DNA of 64,000 bases from Brevinematales bacterium (GCA_020059465.1 JAGVBZ010000030.1:199976-263975), one strand, 5' to 3'; counted from the stretch's first letter, positions 46,286 to 55,510 are shown. Made by a program: numbers and translations. Notes: a model not told the origin generated them from the sequence alone.

Positions 46286-46936
46286 CGCCGTCTTCGCCTC
46301 TTCGGCGCCTTCCTTCAGTATCTCTAATATCTTGTTCGTGACATCGGTTCCGTATGGGGGCTTGCCCTCGGCGCTTTTTACGCCGTCTTCGCCTCTTCGG
46401 CGCCTTCCTTCAGTATCTCTAATATCTTGTTCGCTGCATCCGTTCCGTATGGGGGCTTGCCCTCGGCGGTATTTACGCCGTCTTCGCCTCTTCGGCGCCT
46501 TCTTTCAGTATATCCAGTATCTTGTTCGCTACATCCGTTCCGCAAAGGGGGCTTGCCCTCGGCGGTATTTACGCCGTCTTCGCCTCTTCGGCGCCTTCTT
46601 TCAGTATCTCAAATATCTTGTTCGCCACATCGGTTCCGCAAGGGGGCACGCCCTCGGCGGTATTTACGCCGTCTTCGCCTCTTCGGCGCCTTCTTTCAGT
46701 ATCTCTAATATCTTGTTCGTGACATCCGTTCCGTATGGGGGCTTGCCCTCGGCGGTATTTACGCCGTCTTCGCCTCTTCGGCGCCTTCCTTCAGTATCTC
46801 TAATATCTTGTTCGCGACATCCGTACCGCAAAGGGGGCTTGCCCTCGGCGGTGTTTACGCCGTCTTCGCCTCTTCGGCGCCTTCTTTCAGTATCTCTAAT
46901 ATCTTGTTCGTGACATCGGTTCCGCCGGGGGTGCAC
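46286..46936 (-). repeat. 7 x 95/96-bp tandem repeat: 3' end of rnfB (tail + stop + spacer) plus six downstream copies
   Basis: Unit starts (plus strand, cgccgtcttcgcc...) at 46286, 46381, 46476, 46572, 46667, 46762 and 46858, giving periods 95, 95, 96, 95, 95, 96. The last unit is the genuine rnfB 3' end. See findings. Confidence 0.95.
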
Positions 46937-47151
46937 TTCGAGTGCGATATTTTATCCTCGACTATCGCGTCGGCATAACCTGCGCACCCGGGGTATCCGC
47001 ACGCTCCGCAGTTATAGCCCGGCAATACATGCTGAATTTTCTCGATCCGGGGGTCGAGCTGGACATGGAATACCTTTGCGAAAATCGCGATCATGATTCC
47101 CAGGAATACGCTCAATACGAGCATGAATAACGCGGAGTATAGTATTGTCAT
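46855..47151 (-). CDS. rnfB: RnfB, truncated form (TM + N-terminal Fe-S domain only, 98 aa)
   Basis: TM (ILYSALFMLVLSVFLGIMIAIFA) plus LPGYNCGACGYPGCAGYADAI...KCTPGG matches the RnfB N-terminal cluster domain. No CxxCxxCxxxCP ferredoxin domains follow. The stop TAA at 46857-46855 lies inside the repeat array. Confidence 0.8.
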   Translation of the reverse strand: MTILYSALFMLVLSVFLGIMIAIFAKVFHVQLDPRIEKIQHVLPGYNCGACGYPGCAGYADAIVEDKISHSKCTPGGTDVTNKILEILKEGAEEAKTA

Positions 47152-47161
47152 TTTCGCCCCC

Positions 47162-47749
47162 TTAGCCTAATTTCACTATGCCGAGGAACCCGAACATCGC
47201 AAGCGACATCAGCCCAGCGGTGATAAACGCTATCGGAAGGTCTTTGAACGCCTTCGGCACTTCCGCCGTATCGAGCCGTTCCCGAACACCGGACATCATC
47301 ACGAGCGCAAGCGTAAAGCCGATACCCGCCGCGAACGCGAACACGAGGCTTTCAAGGTAATCGAAGTTCTTCTGGAGAACCAAGAACGCCGATCCGAGAA
47401 TCGCGCAGTTTGTGGTAATGAGCGGGAGATAGATGCCCAGCGCCTTATACAGGCCCTTGCTCAGCTTTTTCAGCACGATCTCCACCAGCTGGACGAACGC
47501 CGCGATCACGAGGATAAACACGCTGATCTGCAGGAACTTGTCCAGTCCGAGTGGCACAAGGATATATAAATTGATCGGGTAGATAATCATAATCGACATG
47601 ACCAGCACGAATGTCACCGCGAAACCCATCCCGATCGCGGAATCCATTTTCTTCGATACACCGAAGAACGGGCAAAGCCCGAGGAACTGCGAGAGGATGA
47701 AGTTATTGACGAAAATAGCGCTGATGATAATGACAAAAAGTTCGTTCAT
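47162..47749 (-). CDS. rnfA: Rnf complex subunit A
   Basis: 195 aa, six TM. FVNNFILSQFLGLCPFFGVSKK is the RnfA/NqrE signature. Confidence 0.92.
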   Translation of the reverse strand: MNELFVIIISAIFVNNFILSQFLGLCPFFGVSKKMDSAIGMGFAVTFVLVMSIMIIYPINLYILVPLGLDKFLQISVFILVIAAFVQLVEIVLKKLSKGLYKALGIYLPLITTNCAILGSAFLVLQKNFDYLESLVFAFAAGIGFTLALVMMSGVRERLDTAEVPKAFKDLPIAFITAGLMSLAMFGFLGIVKLG

Positions 47750-47759
47750 TTACCGCCTC

Positions 47760-48509
47760 CTACGCCGCTTTATTCGCGGTTTTCGCCGCGGCGGCCATTT
47801 TTTTCAACGCTTTTTCACGCTCTTCTTTTTTATTCTTACGGTACTTGATTACCGCGAGCATCAGTCCCATCAGGAGAAATCCGCCCGGAGGCATAATCAT
47901 CACCATAGCGGGGGATGTCAGCACCTGCGCGACATTGATTACCGACGGGTCGCCCAGCACGGGCGCGCCGAAGTTGTAAATATTTCCCATTCCGGCAAAC
48001 TTCAGTGTAATAGTCGCGCTCCCGACCAACTCACGGATCAGCCCGATGATAAACAGCGCGAGGGTAAATCCGACGCCCATCCCAAGCCCGTCAAGCGCCG
48101 ATTTCCCGACCGTGTTCTTATTCGCGAACGCTTCCGCGCGGCCGAGGATGATACAGTTCACCACGATCAGGGGAATAAAGATACCGAGCGATTTATTGAT
48201 ATCCGGGGTAAACGCCTGCATGACGAGCGAAATCAGTGTCACGAACGACGCGATCACCACGATATAGCTCGGAATACGTACAGCGTCGGGGATAAAATTC
48301 CGCAGGAGAGAAATAATGATATTCGAACAGACCAGCACGAATATCACCGATACGCCCATGGCAAGCCCGTTAATCGTCTGAGTGGTCACAGCAAGAGTCG
48401 GACATAAACCGAGCACCACAACGAATATGGGGTTTTCCCGGAAAATACCCTTGACAAACTCATACCATCCGCTCGTCTTGGGAATATTAGGAATTTTATC
48501 AGCGCTCAT
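47760..48509 (-). CDS. rnfE: Rnf complex subunit E
   Basis: 249 aa. NPIFVVVLGLCPTLAVT (RnfE/NqrD signature), with a K/A-rich C-terminal tail. Confidence 0.9.
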   Translation of the reverse strand: MSADKIPNIPKTSGWYEFVKGIFRENPIFVVVLGLCPTLAVTTQTINGLAMGVSVIFVLVCSNIIISLLRNFIPDAVRIPSYIVVIASFVTLISLVMQAFTPDINKSLGIFIPLIVVNCIILGRAEAFANKNTVGKSALDGLGMGVGFTLALFIIGLIRELVGSATITLKFAGMGNIYNFGAPVLGDPSVINVAQVLTSPAMVMIMPPGGFLLMGLMLAVIKYRKNKKEEREKALKKMAAAAKTANKAA

Positions 48510-49102
48510 TTAGTGCCTCCCTTTTGCGTGTTCGTGTTCGTCATCGCCCCCGGTATTCCGACCGGAGCCACAGCCTTGAGCTGTTCGAACGCGAGCTTGA
48601 GATTGTCCGCGACAGCCATCGAGGTGATGGTCGCGCCGGTGATGATATCCAGCCCGTACTTGCTGAAATCCGCCTTCGAGCCGGGGACTTTATCCGCTGT
48701 CAGGTTCGTGAACTGGGACTGCCACGCCTTCTCGGTACATTTATTCCCCAATCCGGGGGTTTCCGACGCGGCGCTGAGGACAAAGACACTATTGATCGAA
48801 CGGTCCGGCTTGACCCCGACAAGAGTGACCACAGGGCCGCCGTACCCGATTTTCGCTTTCTTAAACACATATCCCGCGATATTCTTCTGCGAGTCGTACC
48901 CGATATAGTACGGCTCCCCGGTATTCGTGATTTTCTCGAACACCGCCGCCTGCGGAAGTACCGCTGTCAGCGCGTCGTTCTCTTCTTTCTGTATCGTTTC
49001 GTCGATCTTCTTTTCGAGAAGCTGATAGGTCATACCGAGCGCCGCGCCGAAAAACACGGCTATGATAACTAAGGGATAAATCGTCTTGATTAAGTTTTTC
49101 AT
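48506..49102 (-). CDS. rnfG: Rnf complex subunit G (FMN-binding)
   Basis: 198 aa. N-terminal TM, GYGGPV, ETPGLG, ITGATITS (flavinylation Thr motif). Confidence 0.9.
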   Translation of the reverse strand: MKNLIKTIYPLVIIAVFFGAALGMTYQLLEKKIDETIQKEENDALTAVLPQAAVFEKITNTGEPYYIGYDSQKNIAGYVFKKAKIGYGGPVVTLVGVKPDRSINSVFVLSAASETPGLGNKCTEKAWQSQFTNLTADKVPGSKADFSKYGLDIITGATITSMAVADNLKLAFEQLKAVAPVGIPGAMTNTNTQKGGTK

Positions 49103-50307
49103 TTAGCGCCTCCCTTCATCAGAATAGCGGCTTTGCCTTTGCCGTAGATTTTAGGCTTCAGGTAACGGTCGAAGATCGGCACGAAGAAGTTCATGAATAC
49201 GATGGAGTAGCTCACTCCCTCGGGATACCCGCCCCACAACCGGATAATAACGGTCAGGGTGCCGAGCAGGATACCGTAGATAAGCGTTCCCTTGATAGAC
49301 ATCGGCGATGTCACATAGTCGGTCGCCATAAAGAACGCGCCTAGGAACAATCCGCCGGACAGGATATGGTACAGCGCGTCTCCCGCGAACCATCCCAATC
49401 CCATCGGGAGTCCCCCGAATATCCACACGAGAAGCGCGGCGGAACCGATATAGACAATCGGGAGAATGGGGATCAGCACCTTTCGCCACATCAGGTAGAT
49501 CGCGCCGAGCAGAATCGCCAGCGCGGAGGTTTCCCCGATACAACCGGGCACATTACCGATAAACAAGTCCCAATAACTGTACGCCATCGCCGGCGCGACA
49601 TGGGACGCGTGGCTGACCGCCTCGACCGCGTTCGTCGCCTTCGACATCGTCTCGTACATCGATTTCAGGCTTCCCAGCGGGGACGCCCCGGTGATCATAT
49701 CCACCTTCACCTGATTGGTGAGTATATTTGTCTGGATTGTATTGGAAATCTGCGATATCTGCGAATAGACCTGATTGGTGACATAAGGCACCTTTTCGAT
49801 TATCACGTCGCTCGCCTGCATAAAACTCAGGCCCTTGCTCATCATAGTGGGAACCGTGGGCGACCAGACGTTGACCATCGCGCCCGACCACGCGGCGAGA
49901 ACGAAAATACGTCCGCCGAGCGCGGGGTTCATGATATTATGCCCGAGGCCGCCGAACGCCCATTTCACGATAGCGATGGCGAACATACTCCCGAACACGG
50001 TGACATACCACGGCGAGGACGGGGGGAGGTTGAACGCGAAGAGGATGCCTGTGATGACCGCGCTCCCGTCGGCGATGGATATCGGCCGTTTCAGTATAAG
50101 ATTCATGATAAGTTCCGTGATAACTGCCGTCCCGACGCTCATGCCGATAATCACCGCGGCGTTATAGCCGAAGAAATAAATCGCGGCGGCGGTCGCCGGT
50201 ATCAGCGCGATGACCACGTCCCACATGATGCGGTGCAGTGTCAGCGGCGCGTGAATATGCGGCGAAAAAGGCGCTGTTGCCGCCTTTCCTCCTTTAGCCT
50301 TAGCCAT
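49099..50307 (-). CDS. rnfD: Rnf complex subunit D
   Basis: 402 aa polytopic protein of the RnfD/NqrB type (SPHIHAP..., GLGHNIMNPAL, ITGASPLG). GGAGGG RBS. Confidence 0.9.
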   Translation of the reverse strand: MAKAKGGKAATAPFSPHIHAPLTLHRIMWDVVIALIPATAAAIYFFGYNAAVIIGMSVGTAVITELIMNLILKRPISIADGSAVITGILFAFNLPPSSPWYVTVFGSMFAIAIVKWAFGGLGHNIMNPALGGRIFVLAAWSGAMVNVWSPTVPTMMSKGLSFMQASDVIIEKVPYVTNQVYSQISQISNTIQTNILTNQVKVDMITGASPLGSLKSMYETMSKATNAVEAVSHASHVAPAMAYSYWDLFIGNVPGCIGETSALAILLGAIYLMWRKVLIPILPIVYIGSAALLVWIFGGLPMGLGWFAGDALYHILSGGLFLGAFFMATDYVTSPMSIKGTLIYGILLGTLTVIIRLWGGYPEGVSYSIVFMNFFVPIFDRYLKPKIYGKGKAAILMKGGAK

Positions 50308-50337
50308 TATGCCCTCCTGGGTTCATTACTCTATTAA

Positions 50338-51666
50338 TTATCCCGCCTGCTTTGCGGCGGCGGCCTGTTTACGTCTCCAGAATCCCTTGCCGAACCGGAA
50401 CATCGCCACAAGCGGAATAGTCGACGGGCACACGAACGAGCACGAGCCGCACTCGATGCAGTCCAGCAGTCCGCGTTCCACCGCCTCTTCCAGCAGACTC
50501 TTATCGACAAGCGTCTTCAGATACCACGGCTCCAGCCCTATCGGGCATACGAACTGACAGCGGGCGCAGCGGATGCACGGGAAATCGTTCACCGCGTAGT
50601 CGCGCTTCTTCGGGAGCACCACGATACCGCTAGTGCCCTTTGTGACAGGGAACTGCATATCGGTCAATTCAAGCCCCATCATAGGCCCGCCCGCGATCAC
50701 AGTACCATGCTCGGCCGGCATGCCGAGCTCGTCGATCAGCGCCTGTACCGGCGAGCCGATACGCACTTTATAGTTGCCGCGTTTCTCGATCTGTTCTCCG
50801 GTGTAGGTCAACCCGCGTTCGATCAGCGGCTTCTGGAATACCACCGCCTCGTAGATCGCGAATATGGTCGCCACATTCTGCACCAGCACCCCTACGTCCG
50901 ACGGAAGCCCGCCCGACGGCACTTCGCGCCCGGTGAGCGCCTGTATCAGTTGTTTTTCCCCGCCCTGGGGATAACGTGTCCTGAGCGCGTAGATTTCGAT
51001 GGAAGAATCACCCTCCGACGCCTTGGATAATGCCTCGATAGCGTCGGGCTTGTTCTCCTCGATACCGATCATGACGCGTTTCACGCCGAGGATTTTCTTG
51101 ATAATATTGACGCCTTCGATAATCGCGTCGGGTTTTTCCAGCATGGTTCTATGGTCGATCGTGAGATACGGTTCGCACTCGGCGCCGTTCACTATGAAAA
51201 TATCCATCGGTTTTTCTTTCGGGGGGGAGAGTTTGACATGGGTGGGGAAAGTCGCGCCGCCCATTCCGACGATGCCGGCGGCCTTGATCATCTCGAGCAG
51301 TTTCTCGGGGGAGGTTTTGGAATAGTCGAACTTCTTGTCGTACCAGTTCCGGATACTCCCGCCGGTCTCGATGATCACATGATCGACTCCCTTCGCGACC
51401 AGCGTATCGCCCTTCTCGACCGCGATTACGGTGCCGGATACGCTCGCGTGGATATTCGCCGATATAAACCCGACCGCTTCGCCGATCAGTTGTCCTTCCT
51501 CGACCTTGTCGCCCGCCTTGACCAATACCTTCGCGGGCGCGCCGATATGCATATTCATCGGGATACGGATCTGTTTCGGCAGGTGCGCGTTCGTGATCGG
51601 CATATCCGCCGTGTATTTGGAATCATGCGGATGAATCCCGCCCTTCTTAAAATACTTTAATTCCAT
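50338..51666 (-). CDS. rnfC: Rnf complex subunit C
   Basis: ATG at 51666 (MELKYFKKGGIHP), 5 nt after GGAGG (rc of 51672-51676). GMGGATFPTH, CIRCARCQFVCP and CIECGSCSFVCP. Confidence 0.92.
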   Translation of the reverse strand: MELKYFKKGGIHPHDSKYTADMPITNAHLPKQIRIPMNMHIGAPAKVLVKAGDKVEEGQLIGEAVGFISANIHASVSGTVIAVEKGDTLVAKGVDHVIIETGGSIRNWYDKKFDYSKTSPEKLLEMIKAAGIVGMGGATFPTHVKLSPPKEKPMDIFIVNGAECEPYLTIDHRTMLEKPDAIIEGVNIIKKILGVKRVMIGIEENKPDAIEALSKASEGDSSIEIYALRTRYPQGGEKQLIQALTGREVPSGGLPSDVGVLVQNVATIFAIYEAVVFQKPLIERGLTYTGEQIEKRGNYKVRIGSPVQALIDELGMPAEHGTVIAGGPMMGLELTDMQFPVTKGTSGIVVLPKKRDYAVNDFPCIRCARCQFVCPIGLEPWYLKTLVDKSLLEEAVERGLLDCIECGSCSFVCPSTIPLVAMFRFGKGFWRRKQAAAAKQAG

Positions 51667-51790
51667 ATCGGCCTCCAATATTACTAGAAATCCGGTACAG
51701 GTATGCTGATGGTATTTCGGTTACCCGTATATGATATTTTCATTTTAAAGATTAGTCAATTTTTCAAAAGATTGAGATTATGGAAAGGAA

Positions 51791-53143
51791 TTACCCGATA
51801 AGCGCCCTGAATTTAGATTCGATCCCGTCCCGCAGTTTCTTCCATTCGTCCCAATCCTCACGGGTTTCCGCATCAATCCGTTCCCAGTCTATCGTGATAT
51901 GCGAACCGGGCGAGTTTCTTTCCGCAATACTCCGTCTGATAAGAGCGTCGTTCACTTCTATATTATCGATCTCCTTCGCCGCCTCGCGGTACGCGTCGCG
52001 GAACGGCATCCCGTCACGGACTTTAGCGAACGCCAGATCGGTGGCGAATATACCGGGGGTCATCTGCTGGCGAATCCGTTCCGGGTCGAACCTGATATGA
52101 CCGAGTATCACCGCCATCGCGCCGAGCGACTCCGATGTGATATCCAGCGCGCGCATCACCTGTTCCTTGGTCTCCTGCACGTCGCGGTTATACCCGGAGA
52201 TAGTCCCGGACACGAGAGTCTTGAGCGCGGTCGAGCACGCGAGCACGATATTCGCGCGGCCGCGTATCAGTTCGAGCGCGTCGGGATTCCGTTTCTGCGG
52301 CATGATCGAGCTTCCGGTCGTCACTTCCGGGCCGAGCGCGATATACCCGGTTTCCTCCATACTCCAAAGGATGAGGTCGGACGCCATCCTCGAAAGGTCG
52401 TGCATCACCGACCAGCATGCGTCCGCGATAAACGCCTCGATTTTCCCGCGCGAGTTCTGCGCGTAGACCGGGCTGTCCTGCACCCCGCCGAAACCGAGCA
52501 GATCGGCGGTCATCTTCCGGTCGAGCGGCAGCGGTACGCCGAATCCGCTCGCGGTCCCCAACGGGTTCTGGTCGGTAAGTTGATACGCGGACTTCAGTAT
52601 CTGATGGGTGTCCTGCCCCGATTCGATAAACGCCGCGCACCACATCCCGACGGTCATCGGCATCGCCTGACGGGTATGCGTGTAACCCGGCAGAACAGTG
52701 CCGCCGTTTTCCTTGTTCAGGTTGAGAAGCGAATCGGTCAATATTTTTAGCTGTTCCGCTATTTCAATCAGTTTATCTTTTTCGAACAGGCGCAGAACAG
52801 TAAGAATCTGGTCGTTCCGGCTGCGCCCGGTATGGAGCTTTTTCCCCGTATCGCCGAGACGCGCGGTCAGCAGGTTCTCCAGCTTGGAATGGATATCCTC
52901 GTCGGACACTTCGAGAACGATAGAATCGCCGTATTCTGTATGAAGTTTTTTTATTTCATCGAGAAGGGAATCCCGTTCGGTATCGCTGAGAATCCCGATT
53001 TTACCGAGCATCGATGCATGCGCGGCGGACGCGGCGAGTTCGTAACGGAATAGCCTGCGGTCGAGAATGTAATCGTTCCCGACAGTGTACCGTTCGATCA
53101 CCGGGTCGAGTTTCGCCCCGCCTTTATCCCATACTTTCGCCAT
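51791..53143 (-). CDS. argH: argininosuccinate lyase
   Basis: 450 aa. LHTGRSRNDQ, GYTHTRQAMP, GSSIMPQKRNPD (fumarate-lyase signature). Confidence 0.93.
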   Translation of the reverse strand: MAKVWDKGGAKLDPVIERYTVGNDYILDRRLFRYELAASAAHASMLGKIGILSDTERDSLLDEIKKLHTEYGDSIVLEVSDEDIHSKLENLLTARLGDTGKKLHTGRSRNDQILTVLRLFEKDKLIEIAEQLKILTDSLLNLNKENGGTVLPGYTHTRQAMPMTVGMWCAAFIESGQDTHQILKSAYQLTDQNPLGTASGFGVPLPLDRKMTADLLGFGGVQDSPVYAQNSRGKIEAFIADACWSVMHDLSRMASDLILWSMEETGYIALGPEVTTGSSIMPQKRNPDALELIRGRANIVLACSTALKTLVSGTISGYNRDVQETKEQVMRALDITSESLGAMAVILGHIRFDPERIRQQMTPGIFATDLAFAKVRDGMPFRDAYREAAKEIDNIEVNDALIRRSIAERNSPGSHITIDWERIDAETREDWDEWKKLRDGIESKFRALIG

Positions 53144-53149
53144 ATTTGC

Positions 53150-54100
53150 CTACCGCATCAGTTCGTGCATGATCGCTTTCTGCGCGTGAAGCCTGTTCTC
53201 GGCCTCGTCCCACACTACCGAGTTCGGCCCGTCGATCACCTCGGCGGCGACCTCTTCCCCGCGGTGCGCGGGAAGGCAGTGCAGGAAGATATAATCGGGC
53301 TTCGCGAGCGATACCAGCTTCGAGTCGATACAGTATCCCGCGAACGCCTTCAGACGCTGTTCGGACTCTTTCTCCTGCCCCATCGACGTCCATACGTCGG
53401 TATATACGACATCGGCGTTCCTGATCGCCTCACGGGGGTCGTCCGTAATCAGAACTTTACAACCCGTCAGTTTGGAATTGGAGTTTATTTTCGATACGAC
53501 TGTGGATTCCATCTCATACCCGTCCGGCGTTGCGATCGCGAAATTCACACCGAGCTTACTGCATAACAGCCCCAGCGAATGCGCCATATTATTGCCGTCG
53601 CCGATAAACGCGAAATTCAACCCGCCGATCTGCCCCTTATGCTCCTGCACAGTCATCATATCGGCCATTACCTGGCACGGATGCAGGTAATCGGTCAGCC
53701 CGTTGATAATGGGAATCGTTGCATGTTCAGCAAGCTGTTCGACATCGGAATGCGCGAACGTCCGGATCATGATGCCGTCGAGATAACGCGATAATACCTT
53801 TGCGGTATCTGCGATAGGTTCGCCGCGCCCGATCTGGATATCGTTGGTGTTCAGGAAAATCCCCATCCCGCCGAGTTCGTATATCCCGGCCTCGAACGAG
53901 ACCCGCGTACGGGTGGACGATTTGGTAAATATCATGCCGAGCTTCTTCCCGGACAGGCTGTTCTTATAGTCAGCCTTCGACTTCTTCATTTTAATAGCCA
54001 GACGAATCAGTTCCATCAGCGCTTCCCGCGAGAAGTCGTTAACGGTGAGAAAATCCTTTTTTCCTTCGATCATCGCGTCCTCCAATGAAACAATAATCAA
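53150..54100 (-). CDS. argF: ornithine carbamoyltransferase
   Basis: 316 aa. FTKSSTRTRVSFE, DYLHPCQ, FLHCLPAHRGEE. Adjacent to argH. Confidence 0.92.
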   Translation of the reverse strand: MIIVSLEDAMIEGKKDFLTVNDFSREALMELIRLAIKMKKSKADYKNSLSGKKLGMIFTKSSTRTRVSFEAGIYELGGMGIFLNTNDIQIGRGEPIADTAKVLSRYLDGIMIRTFAHSDVEQLAEHATIPIINGLTDYLHPCQVMADMMTVQEHKGQIGGLNFAFIGDGNNMAHSLGLLCSKLGVNFAIATPDGYEMESTVVSKINSNSKLTGCKVLITDDPREAIRNADVVYTDVWTSMGQEKESEQRLKAFAGYCIDSKLVSLAKPDYIFLHCLPAHRGEEVAAEVIDGPNSVVWDEAENRLHAQKAIMHELMR

Positions 54101-54226
54101 GAAAATAATTGTATCATACTCCTTTAAAAAAGAAAAGTCTCTGAATAGCGAAGCCGCGACAAAAAAAAAGACCCGTGCGCAGAATACCTGCCACGGATCT
54201 ATAATTCTAACTTTTTTATAACCGCT

Positions 54227-55510
54227 CTACCAATGATAGAGATATGCAGTACCCTGATTTGTTGCGTTGTTAATATCGGCGTAATCCGCACCGATCAAAC
54301 CTTCCTTTCCGTCCGATGATATCGCTATGGTATGTCCGAAATAATCGCTATTCGCCGCATCGTACGCAGTAATCTTTTTCGACTGCGTCCACGTAAAATT
54401 ATCGTTCCTCTGGAACAGATAAGCCGCACCCTGGCTGGAACTTTTAGCATAAGCGCCGATAAGAACCCAGCCGCCGTTTTCCGATAAGGCGACGCTGTTT
54501 CCGAACATATCGCCTGTCGCGGGGTCGGAATGGGTAAGCCGCACTTCCTCCCACGATCCGGTTCCGTTATACCTGTAAAGATACACTTTTCCCTGGTTGT
54601 TAGTTGTACCATTGTCGTCATTCGGCGCGCCAACGGCGATCACGCTGCCGTCAACCGAAATATCCAGCGAGATAGCAAAGGAATCGTTTGCGGCGCCGTC
54701 CGACGCAGTCAGATGATTAGCTTCCGAATATGCCGAACCAATCCATTTATATACATAGGCGCTCCCCTGAAAACTGTTCGCGCCGACCGTATCGTTATAC
54801 GCACCCGCGACTGCCGTTGATCCGTTTGCATTGACGGCAACCGAATAACCGAACCGGTCGTTGCCCACTCCGTCGGACGCAGTCAGGATATACTCCGTCC
54901 AGCCGGATCCGTTCCAACGATAGATATATGCCTGTCCCTTCGAACTGTTTTTGTACGGCGCTCCTATTACAAGCGTCAGACCATCGTCTGAAATATCTAC
55001 ATCCTTTCCAAAACAATCGCCGGCGGCGGTATCGGACGCAATCATTTTTGTTTCCAACCATTCCGCTCCGTTCCATTGATATAAATAAGCTGACCCGCTC
55101 TGGGCGCTGCTCCCGATATCCGCATAATGAGCACCGATCAGAACGGATGTTCCGTCGCCGGAGATCGCCGATGATCCGCCGAAGTATTCATCGAAAACCC
55201 CGTCCGAGGCGACAAAGGTTTTAATTTCCATCCATCCTGCGGAATTATCCCACTTATAGAGATAGACTTTTCCCTGATAATAATCCCACCCGATTCTCGC
55301 TGAACTGGCGCCGACCAGGAGATACTCCCCGTTTCCGGAAACCGCAACCGAACTACCGAACATATCGTAAGCCTTTCCGTCCGATGCAACCAGCTTCTTC
55401 ATTGCCGGCTTAGATAGGGAGGCACTTCCTGAAGGTTCTCCGGCTACTTCCAGACACCCGATTGTTAAAAAACTCACCGCTAAAACTAATGATATTCCCA
55501 GATATTTCAT
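54227..55510 (-). CDS. FG-GAP-like beta-propeller repeat lipoprotein
   Basis: ATG at 55510 (MKYLGISLVLAVSFLTIGC), about 5 nt after GGAGG (rc of 55516-55520). About 7 repeats of ASDG...D.FG.SVA.S.DG....GA......GxAY(L/V)Y. Confidence 0.75.
   Translation of the reverse strand: MKYLGISLVLAVSFLTIGCLEVAGEPSGSASLSKPAMKKLVASDGKAYDMFGSSVAVSGNGEYLLVGASSARIGWDYYQGKVYLYKWDNSAGWMEIKTFVASDGVFDEYFGGSSAISGDGTSVLIGAHYADIGSSAQSGSAYLYQWNGAEWLETKMIASDTAAGDCFGKDVDISDDGLTLVIGAPYKNSSKGQAYIYRWNGSGWTEYILTASDGVGNDRFGYSVAVNANGSTAVAGAYNDTVGANSFQGSAYVYKWIGSAYSEANHLTASDGAANDSFAISLDISVDGSVIAVGAPNDDNGTTNNQGKVYLYRYNGTGSWEEVRLTHSDPATGDMFGNSVALSENGGWVLIGAYAKSSSQGAAYLFQRNDNFTWTQSKKITAYDAANSDYFGHTIAISSDGKEGLIGADYADINNATNQGTAYLYHW

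Noticed and set aside
46332-46913. 193-aa + strand ORF (and overlapping 93-aa and 66-aa ORFs) running through the tandem repeat array
   Set aside because: These exist only because the repeat lacks stops in those frames. The predicted proteins are S/P/L/R-rich (SSPLRRLPSVSLISCS...), there is no RBS, and they would run head-on into rnfB. The third-position variability pattern fits the minus-strand rnfB frame, not these frames.
46286-46936. CRISPR array interpretation of the 95-bp periodic repeat
   Set aside because: There are no unique spacers. The whole 95/96-bp unit is repeated with only point differences, and no cas genes are nearby.
46664-46936. Programmed -1 frameshift or stop read-through joining successive rnfB tail cassettes into one protein
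   Set aside because: A -1 shift would be needed at each 95-nt unit, but I see no X-XXY-YYZ slippery heptamer before the TAA stops. Units of 96 nt would need read-through instead. This is kept only as a testable idea in the finding, not as a call.
47598-50337. Long + strand ORFs (47598..48407, 48524..49072, 49366..50337) across the rnf operon
   Set aside because: Their products are R/H/D-rich and low-complexity, opposite well-supported polytopic Rnf subunits.
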